A stretch of DNA of 64,000 bases from an uncultured Alphaproteobacteria bacterium. Lineage in GTDB: Bacteria; Pseudomonadota; Alphaproteobacteria; 43-37; CAWALT01. The first letter of the stretch is position 1. Every line of letters starts with the position of its first letter. A model generated the notes under the pieces. It was given only the letters and a program-made list of their open reading frames with translations, ran no database searches and had not been told where the DNA came from. Below are positions 20,345-31,083 of the stretch, piece after piece. The translations under genes and the position numbers were made by a program. Location: NCBI GenBank assembly GCA_963782975.1, contig CAWALT010000003.1, positions 333,805 to 397,804 of the forward strand, in the 5' to 3' direction.

Positions 20345-21515
20345 AAAAGGGTATTTTGGAAAATATGGAGGATGCTTTGCTCCTGAGACATTAATAGCTC
20401 CGCTTGAGGAATTGGAGAAAGCCTATAAGGCAGTTAAAGAGGACCCAAATTTTCATCAAATGCTATCTAGTTACCTTAAAGATTATGTGGGCCGACCAAC
20501 GCCTCTTTATTTTGCAAGGCGCCTAAGTGAGCACCTCAAAGGAGCGCGCATCTATCTAAAACGCGAGGATTTGACTCATACAGGAGCCCATAAAATTAAT
20601 AATACTATAGGACAGGGCCTGCTTGCTAAATTCATGGGGAAGACACGCCTCATTGCTGAAACCGGTGCTGGCCAACATGGGGTGGCGACGGCAACCATAG
20701 CGAGCCTTTTAGGTATGGAATGTGTCGTGTATATGGGGGCTATTGATATGGAAAGGCAGCATCTCAATGTCGTAAGGATGCGTGTTTTGGGCGCGAAGGT
20801 GCACCCCGTGACATCGGGTTCGCAGACCTTAAAAGATGCAACGTCAGAGGCGATGAGGAACTGGGTAAGCAATGTGCGTGAGACTTATTATGTATTGGGT
20901 TCAGCTCTTGGTCCCCATCCTTACCCAACCATCGTGCGTGATTTTCAAACGATTATAGGACAAGAAACAAGGAGCCAGATTCAAGAAATACTCGGTCAAC
21001 TTCCCAATGAGTTAGTTGCATGTGTAGGTGGTGGAAGTAATGCTCTTGGGTTGTTTTATCCTTTTCTGGAAGAGGCAAATATAAAAATGACAGGTGTTGA
21101 GGCGGGTGGTACAAGCCTTGAACTTGGGTGCCATGCCGCAAGATTTGCTGGTGGAAAGCTTGGTGTGTTGCAAGGAACTAAGAGTTATCTCCTTCAAGAT
21201 GAGGACGGCCAAGTTGCCGGTACGCATAGCATCTCAGCAGGACTTGATTACCCAAGTATTGGTCCAGAGCATGCCTATTTGCATGACATGGGCCGCGTGA
21301 AGTATGTCAATGTTGGGGACGCAGATGCTCTAAAGGCGGCTTTTCTCCTTGCTCAGTTGGAGGGAATTATCCCAGCCCTTGAAAGTGCGCATGCCTTGGC
21401 TTATGTCGTACGTGAAGCGCCGCATCTGTCTCAAAATTCGATTTTATTGATGAACCTATCGGGTCGCGGGGATAAAGATGTTGAAACGTTAGCAAAGTAT
21501 TTGGAGAAAAGATGA
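20334..21515 (+). CDS. trpB: Tryptophan synthase beta chain.
   Basis: [12 protein letters not shown]-lysine motif and GGGSNA loop. Confidence 0.95.
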
Positions 21516-22294
21516 AGATACGTAACGCTTTTAACCAAGGGAAAGCTTTGTTTGTCCCTTTTATTATGGCAGGCCATCCAAATCGACAAGAATCGACTCA
21601 AGCTATGATCGCTTTAGTTGAAGCGGGAGCAGATATAATAGAAGTCGGTGTTCCCTTTTCTGATCCTGTGGCGGATGGCCCGATCAATCAACGTGCTGCA
21701 GAAAAGGCCCTTGGTAATGGCACAAATTTAACCAAGGTATTTGAACAAGTTGCTGAAGTACGAAGACGGGGTCGCACGACGCCTTTCCTCTTATTTAGTT
21801 ACCTGAACCCTATCTTGGCTTTCGGGTACGAAAGGTTTGTAAGAGAAGCTAAGAACGCCGGAATTGACGGCATTCTAATTGTCGACTTGCCGCCTGAAGA
21901 GGGAGAAGATTTTTATAATTTTGTAAAGGAAAAAGGTTTAGAGGTGGTGTTGCTGGCCTCTTTGACGACGGATCAGGAACGTTATCAGCTATATCAAAAA
22001 TTAGATCCTAGTTTTGTTTACTATATCTCCCGCTTAGCGGTCACAGGGATTCAACAAGATATCCGAGAGGAGTTGAAGGGCGAGCTTTGTCAATTGCGTA
22101 CGCTGTTACCTGGCAAGAAGATAGCCGTAGGGTTCGGTATATCAACTTTAGCGCAAGCGGGTGCCGTGGCCCGCATAGCGGATGGAGTGGTGATTGGTAG
22201 TATTCTTGTTAAGACATTGGAGGAGCAAGGACTCGAACAATTTAAGGGATTAGCTAAAAGTTTAGCAGAAGTTATCTCTAGAAGCGCGCCCTAA
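21512..22294 (+). CDS. trpA: Tryptophan synthase alpha chain.
   Basis: 260 aa with a TIM-barrel TrpA signature (FIMAGHP...[14 protein letters not shown]). The start overlaps the trpB stop by 4 bp. Confidence 0.9.
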   Translation: MKIRNAFNQGKALFVPFIMAGHPNRQESTQAMIALVEAGADIIEVGVPFSDPVADGPINQRAAEKALGNGTNLTKVFEQVAEVRRRGRTTPFLLFSYLNPILAFGYERFVREAKNAGIDGILIVDLPPEEGEDFYNFVKEKGLEVVLLASLTTDQERYQLYQKLDPSFVYYISRLAVTGIQQDIREELKGELCQLRTLLPGKKIAVGFGISTLAQAGAVARIADGVVIGSILVKTLEEQGLEQFKGLAKSLAEVISRSAP

Positions 22295-22724
22295 GCTCAC
22301 AAAGACATGTTTCTCTACGCTTGGATATTCCTCTTAAAAGGTTTTTTCCTTGAAATGGTTTTTTCCCTTGATATTGCTGCCAAATCTTTTTATCAATCTT
22401 CCGTTGAGGGCTAAATGAGGCAGCGGTTTATGGGAAAGGAGAATAACATCCTCTTTCTCAATGCGCGTGGCTGTTAACGGGGAAGTATATGCGGGGAAAA
22501 AATTAAAAGATGGAATACTTAGTATAAGATATATTTTGTTTTATAAAATAATTTAATATTTTAATTTATCTTGTTAAAAATTAATTTAAATTTTGATTGA
22601 CTAAATAACTTTTCTATTCTATTTTTCATATTCACTTTATAGAGGTAAGAATTATTTCTCTCCAGTTTAAGAAGATTCTCCTTAAGATGGGAAGACCTAT
22701 GGTCCAAAGAGAGGGTACCGAAGT

Positions 22725-24407
22725 ATGTCATCCAGGTTTATTATTTTATTAACTGCCTTGCTATTAACGCTTTCGCATTTTTCTACGCCTTGTAAAGCTT
22801 TTCCAGATGAGGAAGGGGAGGAAATAGAAAGGAATAAAGGCAAGGAAAGGGCATTGGAAGATGGAAGAGTCGATTCGAATATGAATCATTTTTTGTCACG
22901 TATAAGAAATTCCCTCCCGTTACTTTATTTTCCGAGTTTTTCCTTGCTTCAGCGTTTCTTTATTTTTGGTACTGAAGGATCGTTCCCGCTGGGAGGGGTA
23001 ATGAGTATGCCTTTAATGGGTGCCTCGGCGAGAGGATCAAGTTCTTCTTCGGTCTCACAGGGCTCCTCTTTCTTTACCTTTTCACAAACGGGTGTGCATC
23101 CTTTAACTCTTGAATATCAAGGAAGCTTGATCGCTGAAGAGATATTTGATAAGAGGCACCCATCAAATAGAAATCTTCTTCTAATTAAAGCTTTTTTCTT
23201 TTCAACGGGAGCACCTCAACCTTCCCACATCCTTGCAAGTCTGTTAGCTCCTGAAAATTTTCCTGGCTTTAAAGATTTTTCCTATGCCACAAACGTAGAT
23301 AGTGTGGAAGGCTCGGCAGAACATTTGCGCCAGCGAGCGAATGATGAGGAGGTACCTATTCAACCATGGGCCCGTGGTGTAAGCGGGCAAGGATGTCTAA
23401 AGGTATTGGAAGGCGTGCAAGAAAGTCCCAATGGAAACCAAGAATTCACTCTTGAAAGGAGAGATTTTCTTAGCCTTCCTATAAAGGCTTATAATGTGGG
23501 TGCGCTCGATCTCTCTCATAGCGGGTTAGAAAGATTGCCAAACCTCTTCAGTAATCTCCAGAATTTAAAGATTTTGTTGCTTGGAAACAATCGTTTGGGC
23601 AAAGCGCCAGATTCGCTTGAAGTTCTTAGCGGGCTTACAGCCCTAGAAAGGTTAGATCTTTCTAATAATCAACTTTCAGAAGTGCCGTATTCTTTGAGAG
23701 GGCTTCAAAATCTAAGAAATGTGCGGCTCTCAGGTAATCGATTAGAAACAGTGCCGCCTTCCTGGAAAGAGTGGAGGAGATTACAAACTTTAAATCTTTC
23801 TGATAATCAGCTTACGTTACCTTCTTTTGAGGGGCTTGCGAATGTGCTTGGTTTACTTTGGCCGCGGTTGGAGATCTTAGCACTTTCTGGCAATCCTCTT
23901 CATGGCGTTCCTTCTTTTCTTCTCCGCCTCTATAGCCTGAGAGAACTTTATCTTTCCAATGTTTTCCTTGATGAAGTACCGAGATTTCTTGCCTCGCTCA
24001 CCTTTCTAAGGTTGCTAGATTTTTCTAATAATATCCTTACCAGCTCTTCTTTTGGTCCGCTAGAAGATATCCTTGGTTTACTTTGGCCGCGGTTGCGCAC
24101 CTTAATATTTTCTGGCAATCCTCTTTATGAGGTTCCTTCTTCTCTTTCCCGTATTCCTAGCGTGCAGAAGCTTTATCTTTCCCAGTGCTTCCTCAAAGAA
24201 TTACCTAAATTTTTTAACTTCTTTACCTCTTTGCGAGAGCTAGATGTCTCCTATAACAACTTAAATGAGCTTCCGCTATCTATCTTACGGCTTCTTCCCT
24301 TAACTTTGTTAGAGACTTCAGGGAACCAATTGACCATAAGCGAAAAGATACAACTTTACCTTGACGAAATTAGAAGAAGAAGGGAATCGAGAAGAGAAGG
24401 AAGTTAA
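22725..24407 (+). CDS. Sec-signal leucine-rich-repeat protein, eukaryote-like and effector-like.
   Basis: Signal MSSRFIILLTALLLTLSHFSTPCKA. There are at least ten canonical LRRs of the form LxxLxLSxNxLxxVPxSL. An internal approximately 75-aa duplication is present (NVLGLLWPRLEILALSGNPL... repeats as DILGLLWPRLRTLIFSGNPL...). Confidence 0.8.
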   Translation: MSSRFIILLTALLLTLSHFSTPCKAFPDEEGEEIERNKGKERALEDGRVDSNMNHFLSRIRNSLPLLYFPSFSLLQRFFIFGTEGSFPLGGVMSMPLMGASARGSSSSSVSQGSSFFTFSQTGVHPLTLEYQGSLIAEEIFDKRHPSNRNLLLIKAFFFSTGAPQPSHILASLLAPENFPGFKDFSYATNVDSVEGSAEHLRQRANDEEVPIQPWARGVSGQGCLKVLEGVQESPNGNQEFTLERRDFLSLPIKAYNVGALDLSHSGLERLPNLFSNLQNLKILLLGNNRLGKAPDSLEVLSGLTALERLDLSNNQLSEVPYSLRGLQNLRNVRLSGNRLETVPPSWKEWRRLQTLNLSDNQLTLPSFEGLANVLGLLWPRLEILALSGNPLHGVPSFLLRLYSLRELYLSNVFLDEVPRFLASLTFLRLLDFSNNILTSSSFGPLEDILGLLWPRLRTLIFSGNPLYEVPSSLSRIPSVQKLYLSQCFLKELPKFFNFFTSLRELDVSYNNLNELPLSILRLLPLTLLETSGNQLTISEKIQLYLDEIRRRRESRREGS

Positions 24408-24436
24408 GAATAAGAGGCAATAAGTAATACGTATCA

Positions 24437-24462
24437 AAAAAGGAGGATGGCCCCTCCTTTTA
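24437..24462 (+). terminator. Rho-independent terminator after the LRR gene.
   Basis: The sequence aaaaggagg-atggcc-cctcctttt forms a 9-bp stem followed by a T-run. Confidence 0.5.
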
Positions 24463-24949
24463 TGAAGGGATAATTTTTATCTCCCAGGATCTTGGGGAAA
24501 AACAATTTTTTTGCTTTCTTTCTTTAAAAATTTCTCCCCCAAAACTTTGACAGGTCGATATCTCCTAAGTTGCTTCCCTGTTGGTAGAGCATGTCGCGTG
24601 TTGCGAAAGGGAATCTTCCTTTTACTTTCAGTATTTCTTCTTTGGAAAAATGGTTCTTTTCCTATACTTTGAGCGCTAATTATGATACTTTTAGGCAGCA
24701 ATGAAAGCCCCCCTTCTGCAGTAGGCAAAGGAATTTTTGACTAAGATTATTTGCCTTTTATTTGAGCAGGGGAAAAAGAAGCTATATTCCCTTTTTAGTT
24801 TTCTTACCTAAAATAATTGAGTAAAAAATTGAGGGAAGTCGGCAATTTTAAATAAGCTTTTAAGCATAAAGGTTTAGGTAGCTGGGCATCATTTTAGCTA
24901 TAAGCTATAGACAAAAAATTTAATTTTAATAAGTAAGTGGATAAGAGAA

Positions 24950-26362
24950 ATGGTCGAAAAACGTTATGATTTAGTGGTTATTGGTGGTGGTCCCGGTGGA
25001 TACGTAGCTGCTATTCGTGCGGCGCAGTTAGGGTTAAAAGTGGCGTGTGTTGAAAAGCGTTCGACGCTGGGGGGAACTTGTTTGAATGTGGGATGTATTC
25101 CTTCTAAGGCATTATTGCACTCCTCCGAACGGTTTAGCGAAGCTCAAAACCATTTTGAGGAACATGGTATATCTTTTAAAGATCTTCGTGTCGATGTGTC
25201 GAAGATGCTAGCGCGTAAAGATAAGGTCGTTCGTGAATTAACGGCTGGTATTGATTATCTCCTTAAAAAAAATAAGATTGATCGTTTTGAGGGTATCGGT
25301 TCGATCACCAAGACAAAAGACGTTGTGGTTAACCAAGGGAAAAAAGAGGCTCAGACTTTACAAACAAAAAATATTCTCATAGCAACAGGGTCAGAATCGA
25401 TGCCTCTTAAGGGAGTTGATATTGATGAATCGCAGATTGTGTCCTCGACAGGGGCTTTATCCCTTTCTAAAGTACCAAAACATCTTGTCGTTATTGGCGG
25501 TGGTTATATTGGGTTGGAAATGGGCGCTGTTTGGCAACGGCTAGGGGCCACAGTGACAGTCATCGAATACATGGATCGTATTGTGCCCACGATGGATCAT
25601 GAAGTTGGGGCCCAGCTCATGAAAATTCTTAAAAAGGGCGGCATGAATTTTAAACTAGGCTACCAAGTCCTGAAAGCCGAGAAGAAAGGCAAGGATGTGG
25701 CTGTCACTTATAAAGCTGTAAAAGGAAGCGATGCTCCGGAGACATTAACGTGTGATACGTTGCTTGTTTCTATTGGCCGGCGCCCATATACGGGAGGATT
25801 AGGGCTAGAAAATGTTGGTGTGGAGCTTGATGAACGGGGCCGTATTAAAGTTGATGATCGTTTCAAAACCAACGTAGAGGGGATCTATGCAATTGGTGAT
25901 GTGATCCCTGGACCAATGCTTGCTCATAAAGCGGAAGAAGAAGGGGTTATATGTGTGGAGATGCTTGCCGGGCAAGCTGGTCACATTGACTATAACCTTA
26001 TTCCAAGCGTTATTTATACCTATCCAGAGGTAGCCAGCGTTGGTAAGACAGAAGAACAATTAAAGAGCGAGGGTATTGAATATAGGGTAGGGAAGTTTCC
26101 TTTCACCGCCAATAGCCGTGCCAAAGCCACAGGTGAAACGGATGGATTCGTAAAATTTCTCACTCATAAAGAGACAGACCGTATTCTGGGAGTGCATATG
26201 ATTGGTCCATATGCCGGAACCATGATTGCAGAGGCCGTGCTCGCCATGGAATTTGGGGCATCGGCTGAAGATATTGCCCGCACATGCCATGCTCATCCAA
26301 CTCATAATGAAGCCGTTAAGGAAGCTGCCCTAGCTGCCAATGGCCGAGTGATTCATATTTAA
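24950..26362 (+). CDS. lpdA: Dihydrolipoyl dehydrogenase (E3).
   Basis: The N-terminus carries the FAD motif GGGPGGYVAA and the redox disulfide GGTCLNVGCIPSK. The C-terminus has the HAHPTxxE motif. Confidence 0.95.
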   Translation: MVEKRYDLVVIGGGPGGYVAAIRAAQLGLKVACVEKRSTLGGTCLNVGCIPSKALLHSSERFSEAQNHFEEHGISFKDLRVDVSKMLARKDKVVRELTAGIDYLLKKNKIDRFEGIGSITKTKDVVVNQGKKEAQTLQTKNILIATGSESMPLKGVDIDESQIVSSTGALSLSKVPKHLVVIGGGYIGLEMGAVWQRLGATVTVIEYMDRIVPTMDHEVGAQLMKILKKGGMNFKLGYQVLKAEKKGKDVAVTYKAVKGSDAPETLTCDTLLVSIGRRPYTGGLGLENVGVELDERGRIKVDDRFKTNVEGIYAIGDVIPGPMLAHKAEEEGVICVEMLAGQAGHIDYNLIPSVIYTYPEVASVGKTEEQLKSEGIEYRVGKFPFTANSRAKATGETDGFVKFLTHKETDRILGVHMIGPYAGTMIAEAVLAMEFGASAEDIARTCHAHPTHNEAVKEAALAANGRVIHI

Positions 26363-26465
26363 TTACTGGCGATAAAGAAGCTTTGTATAACCAAGGGTTA
26401 ATCTTCCTTGGTTATACTGGCGTAGTAAGGCATCACTCATGTAGAGAAATCTCAGAGAACACCGG

Positions 26466-26771
26466 ATGAATAAAGATAAGGAAACGAAAAATAAATTAGC
26501 AGTAAAGCTTAAACGGCGTATTCTCGGTTACGGATGCCTTATCTTGGGTGTTATTGGTGGTTTTTTGCCCATTCTTCAAGGTTGGGTTTTTATTGCGTTA
26601 GGATTGTTGCTTTTAAAAGATCATTCCCGTTGGGCTCGCAGGGCCTTTCTTTGGGTATATAAGAAATTTCCTAAATCTCGCAAGGCTTTTAAAAAAGCCG
26701 AGTCCATGGTTGATCGAGTACTTGAAAAGTTTGGGCTTGCAGAAAAAGGCAAAGGCAAAAGGAAACAATAG
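26466..26771 (+). CDS. Small inner-membrane protein, YbaN/DUF454-like.
   Basis: Two transmembrane helices (LGYGCLILGVIGGFLPILQGWVFIALGLLLL) followed by a basic tail. Confidence 0.4.
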   Translation: MNKDKETKNKLAVKLKRRILGYGCLILGVIGGFLPILQGWVFIALGLLLLKDHSRWARRAFLWVYKKFPKSRKAFKKAESMVDRVLEKFGLAEKGKGKRKQ

Positions 26772-26962
26772 TTTTCTCTCTCACTCTCTTAACATTTGAG
26801 TAATAAATCGTGCATAGATAAGTCGTGACCACGGGATTCTCACCTCAGCCGAAGGAAGTATGCGTGCTGTTACTTTTGCTGACTTTGGCAGATGAAGCAG
26901 AGGATCCCTCTTTTGAAAACCGCCCTACTTCAAGAATATAATAGGCTTTTCTCTCTTAGCGC

Positions 26963-28393
26963 TTAGAACCAACCCAAAAATTTCCACCAAAAGAAACCGG
27001 TGGTTCCCCAAATAAGAAGGTTAACAACACTTACGAGAAAACCCATGAGCCACCAATCACGGATGCGGACATAACCTGATCCAAAGAAAACAGGCGCTGT
27101 GCCAATACCATAATTAGTGAGTCCGCCTGAAAGGACAGATAAAAATCCAAGGCCTAAGGCTGCGACAAGAGGCGGCACATTGAGCGCAATAAATACCACT
27201 AAAAAAGCGCTATACATTACCGTTATGTGAGCGGTAATACTGGCGAAAAAGTAATGGATATAAAAGAAAATAAGCCCTAACAGGAGAAGAGCTGGCAACC
27301 GGTCAAATCCATGGACGACTTGTTGAATATGATTACTAAGCCACGTTATAAGGCCGAAAGACGATAAATAACCAGCCATCATTAAGAGGATAGCAAACCA
27401 AATAAGAGTTTTCCATGCACCTTTTTCATTAATCGCGTCCTCCCAACTAATGACTCCAAGTAAGATGAGCGCAACACAGCCAACCATAGCGGTCGTGGTG
27501 GCATCAATATCAAGCCGATCGCCCAGGATCCAAAGAGCAATAAGCCCAATAAAGGTAAATAACATAACGATCTCTTTAAAACTCATAGGGCCCATCTCCT
27601 CAAGCTTCTGTCGGGCAGCTTCAGGCGCTTGTGGTGTGCTCTTAATTAATGGCGGATGGAAAACATAGAGGAAAAGAGGTAAAAAATACAAGCTAATAAG
27701 GCCTGGTACGATAGCACCAAGTGCCCAAGTTGTCCAAGTGATGGTAATTCCAGCGTCACCGGCTAATTTCACAATCAAAGGGTTACCTGCCATCGCAGTA
27801 AGAAAAATAGCGCTGGTGATGACGTTCGACTGGAAACATACCTGAATAAGATAAGACCCTGTGCGATTAGGCCTTCTTTTATCAGGCTCTCCACCATATT
27901 CTGTAAGTAATGATTTGGCGATGGGGAAGATAATACCGCCGCCCCGTGCCGTTACGCTTGGGATAAGAGGAGAGAGAAGAAATTCGGTAGTAACCAAACC
28001 ATAAGCTAAGCCCAACGTACTACGGCCGAGGATGCTAATGAAAAAATAGGCAATTCGCCGGCCAAGTCCTGTTTCAATGAACCCCCGGGAAATGAAAAAA
28101 GCAAAAACAATTAACCAGACAATTTTATCGCTAAATCCATTTAAGGCTTGGTTTAACGTTAATGTCTTCGTTAAGACCGCAACAAGCATGCTCAAGATGG
28201 CAAGCGCACCAATTGGCAGGGGCCGCATGACGATCCCTACAATAGTGGAAATAAAAATGGCAAACAGGTTCCAGGCTTGTTTGTTCAAACCCTCTGGGAC
28301 AGGAATGTACCAAAGGCACAAAAATAAAGCGGTGACGATGAAAAAGGGAAGAGGCTTTAAGTCAGAAAATTTTTTAGATAAAGCTGCAATCAT
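26963..28393 (-). CDS. DASS-family (SLC13-like) anion:cation symporter. It could be a dicarboxylate or 2-oxoglutarate/malate translocator.
   Basis: 476 aa and polytopic. It has the ...SPLIPSVTARGGGIIFPIAKSL... hairpin motif typical of divalent-anion symporters. Confidence 0.7.
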   Translation of the reverse strand: MIAALSKKFSDLKPLPFFIVTALFLCLWYIPVPEGLNKQAWNLFAIFISTIVGIVMRPLPIGALAILSMLVAVLTKTLTLNQALNGFSDKIVWLIVFAFFISRGFIETGLGRRIAYFFISILGRSTLGLAYGLVTTEFLLSPLIPSVTARGGGIIFPIAKSLLTEYGGEPDKRRPNRTGSYLIQVCFQSNVITSAIFLTAMAGNPLIVKLAGDAGITITWTTWALGAIVPGLISLYFLPLFLYVFHPPLIKSTPQAPEAARQKLEEMGPMSFKEIVMLFTFIGLIALWILGDRLDIDATTTAMVGCVALILLGVISWEDAINEKGAWKTLIWFAILLMMAGYLSSFGLITWLSNHIQQVVHGFDRLPALLLLGLIFFYIHYFFASITAHITVMYSAFLVVFIALNVPPLVAALGLGFLSVLSGGLTNYGIGTAPVFFGSGYVRIRDWWLMGFLVSVVNLLIWGTTGFFWWKFLGWF

Positions 28394-28649
28394 AGGTTTC
28401 CATCCCTTAACATTAAGGACACATACTAGATTTACTTTCTATTAGATAATCTGTCTAATATTTTTTTTGGAAATTGCATATTTACTTTGATGCTCTCTAT
28501 TTCTTTCCTTCCTTAGGGAAGGCATGCCTTGTTCTTTAATAGTCAACTTGTAGGAAAGCATTTTTTAAGGCCGGCCCTCTTTATTGATTTTAACAAGGTG
28601 CAAGCATAGCATGAAGGGTCCCCTAAAACGAGAAACTTTCCCCACATGT

Positions 28650-29246
28650 TTAAAAAATTACCCTCACTTCCTTGGTGTCTGTTACCGAAGGATAATAGGC
28701 CTTGCAGACGACTGCCTTAACATAAACAGGCGCATCAGGTATACATTTAAAAAAATCGTCTTGGCGCAGATCGAAAATATCCATAGGGGAAGAGCTTTCA
28801 TACTGTATAAGCATAGGGCTCTCTAAGGCGTCAAATTCCTCTCTTGATAATTGCTTGAGCGGGTACTCAAGCCCCTGAGGGGTAAAGCCACAGCTTAAGA
28901 CATGTAGAAGGAGCGGTTCATTAAAAATTATTTTTTCCTCTATATGAAGAGCAAGTGCCCATAATTTTCCTTTTTCAATTGGTTTTGCATCAAAAGTGGT
29001 CAGGTGACTCTTCTTGCTTGAGATGAGAGTGAAATTTAAGAACCCTTCTGTAGATGCGGTGATGACCTTACTTGAGATGGTATTTATGTTCTCTGCAGAA
29101 GGAGGGTAACTTCCCTTATAAGAAGTTGCCTTGCCGTAGCTCACGTCTTTTCCCGCGGCATCATCTTCGCTCATATAAGCATAAGAGGAGGAAAGTGCCA
29201 TACAAGAAATAACGAACCCTAATAAGAAAGAGAGCATTTTTACCAC
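28650..29246 (-). CDS. Hypothetical secreted protein, putative lipoprotein.
   Basis: Signal peptide with a possible lipobox, VISC. I recognise no domain. Confidence 0.4.
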   Translation of the reverse strand: MVKMLSFLLGFVISCMALSSSYAYMSEDDAAGKDVSYGKATSYKGSYPPSAENINTISSKVITASTEGFLNFTLISSKKSHLTTFDAKPIEKGKLWALALHIEEKIIFNEPLLLHVLSCGFTPQGLEYPLKQLSREEFDALESPMLIQYESSSPMDIFDLRQDDFFKCIPDAPVYVKAVVCKAYYPSVTDTKEVRVIF

Positions 29247-29337
29247 CTGCGACAGCTAAATAAACTTTGAAAAATATATAATTTTTATAATAAAAACGAA
29301 TGCTAACTTCAAAGCAGTTTTCTGTAAAGGGGAAAAC

Positions 29338-30318
29338 TTACTTTTTACCATTTAGGCGTGGGTGAGTTTTGTGATAAATTTTTTTGAGATGCTGGCTTTC
29401 GACTTTTGTGTAATGCTGAGTGGTTGAAAGAGATGCATGCCCTAAAAGTTCTTGAATAGACCGCAAATCGGCATTTTCCTTGAGTAAATGAGTAGCAAAA
29501 CTGTGGCGCAAAGCGTGCGGTGTTACCGTATCAGGTAAATTTAATAAATGGCGGATAAGACGCATTTGTTTTTGAGCTGCTCCTGGATTCAAGGGTTTGC
29601 CTCTCTTACTTAGAAACAACGAGGTGTCTGACGTAATGGGATATGGACACAAATGAATATAGTTTTCAATATGTTGGCGCAGGACAGGCAAAAGTGGAAC
29701 GACGCGCTCTTTCCTCCCTTTTCCCTTAATAAGAAGGCGGTCCGATAAAGGGGCTCCTGATAAATTCAAGGCTTCACTAATTCGCAGGCCAGCTCCGTAC
29801 AAAAGGGTAAATAGGGCTAAATCTCTTGCATTAAGCCAAGGATCTTCGTGTAATTTCTGGCTTAGCTCTAGGACATGAAACGTTCTTTCCACGGACAGAG
29901 GACGTGGCAGCAATGTGTTAACTTTCGGTATCTTCAGCCGCATAAATTCCTTCAGGTCAAGCTGATGGTGCTTAAGGCTAAATTGCGCGAAAGTTCGAAG
30001 AACCGATAAAGCCCGAGCGTTAGAGCGGTGAGAAATCTTCTCTTCAAAGCGATAAGCAAGCCACGAGCGTATATCAGAGGAGGGCAGATGCCGGAGTTTT
30101 TCAAGAGATAAGGTGTCATTCGTATGTTGAATAATAAACCTTAAAAAGTGAGTGAGATCGCTAGTATACGCCACTAACGTATGGGAAGATAGTTGACGTT
30201 CATACGTTAACCAATTAAAGAAGCTCTTCAGCAGTACTTGAACTTCGTCAGATACTTGTTCGAGCACCTCTTGAGGGAGGTTAACTAATAATCGATTGTC
30301 CTGTTGATTTCCAGTCAT
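29338..30318 (-). CDS. xerC: Tyrosine site-specific recombinase, XerC/XerD family.
   Basis: [37 protein letters not shown] C-terminal catalytic motif with R..HxxR..Y. Confidence 0.85.
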   Translation of the reverse strand: [326 protein letters not shown]

Positions 30319-30940
30319 TTAAGAAACTATCGAGTCCTTTATCGGTAAGAGGATGCTGATACATCTGAGTAAATAACCGGGGAGGGATCGTGATCACATC
30401 CGCTCCAGACAAGGCCGCTTGATAAATATGATTGGGAGTGCGGATCGATGCGGCCAGGATCTTTGTTTGGAAGTCAGGATAACGTCGGTAGGCACTTACA
30501 ATATCATCAATAAGTTGAGCGCCATCATAGCCTAGATCATCAATCCGTCCCATGAAGGGGGAGATGAAAGAGGCCCCAGCTTTGGCAGCTAAAATAGATT
30601 GGTTGACGGAAAAACAGAGCGTTACATTAACCGATATTCCTTGACGGCGAAGCTCATAGCACGCTCGCAGACCATCAAAGGTTAAAGGAACCTTCACCGT
30701 CACATTGGGGTGGATAAGTGATAGAGCTTTTCCCTCCTTCACCATGCCTTCCGCATCGCGAGCGGTTACTTCGGCGCTTACAGGTCCGTTGACTATTTGA
30801 CAAATTTGATGGATGGTTTCTTTAAAATCTTTACCTGTCTGAGCAATAAGACTGGGATTTGTGGTAACCCCGTCAACCAAATGGCTTTGAGCATATTCTT
30901 TGATGATATTAACATCGGCTGAGTCTAAAAATATCTTCAT
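30281..30940 (-). CDS. fsa: Transaldolase-family protein, short form (fructose-6-phosphate aldolase or transaldolase).
   Basis: 219 aa with DSADVNIIKEY...DGVTTNPSL motifs. It overlaps xerC by 38 bp. Confidence 0.8.
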   Translation of the reverse strand: MKIFLDSADVNIIKEYAQSHLVDGVTTNPSLIAQTGKDFKETIHQICQIVNGPVSAEVTARDAEGMVKEGKALSLIHPNVTVKVPLTFDGLRACYELRRQGISVNVTLCFSVNQSILAAKAGASFISPFMGRIDDLGYDGAQLIDDIVSAYRRYPDFQTKILAASIRTPNHIYQAALSGADVITIPPRLFTQMYQHPLTDKGLDSFLNDWKSTGQSIIS

Positions 30941-31083
30941 CTATGATTGAACCTTATTTCAATTTCATTCTAGTATAGAGACGAAACCATAGCCAAATCA
31001 AGTTCCTTTTAAGACGAGAAGCCATAGAGTCAGATGCATGGAAAGGTTAGTTCCTCTAAGTTCACTCTTGTTTCTCCTTACGA

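Noticed and set aside
24477-24728. The 83-aa minus-strand ORF between the LRR gene and lpdA.
   Set aside because: It lies in an intergenic region across the LRR terminator. It has a low-complexity basic composition and no start context.
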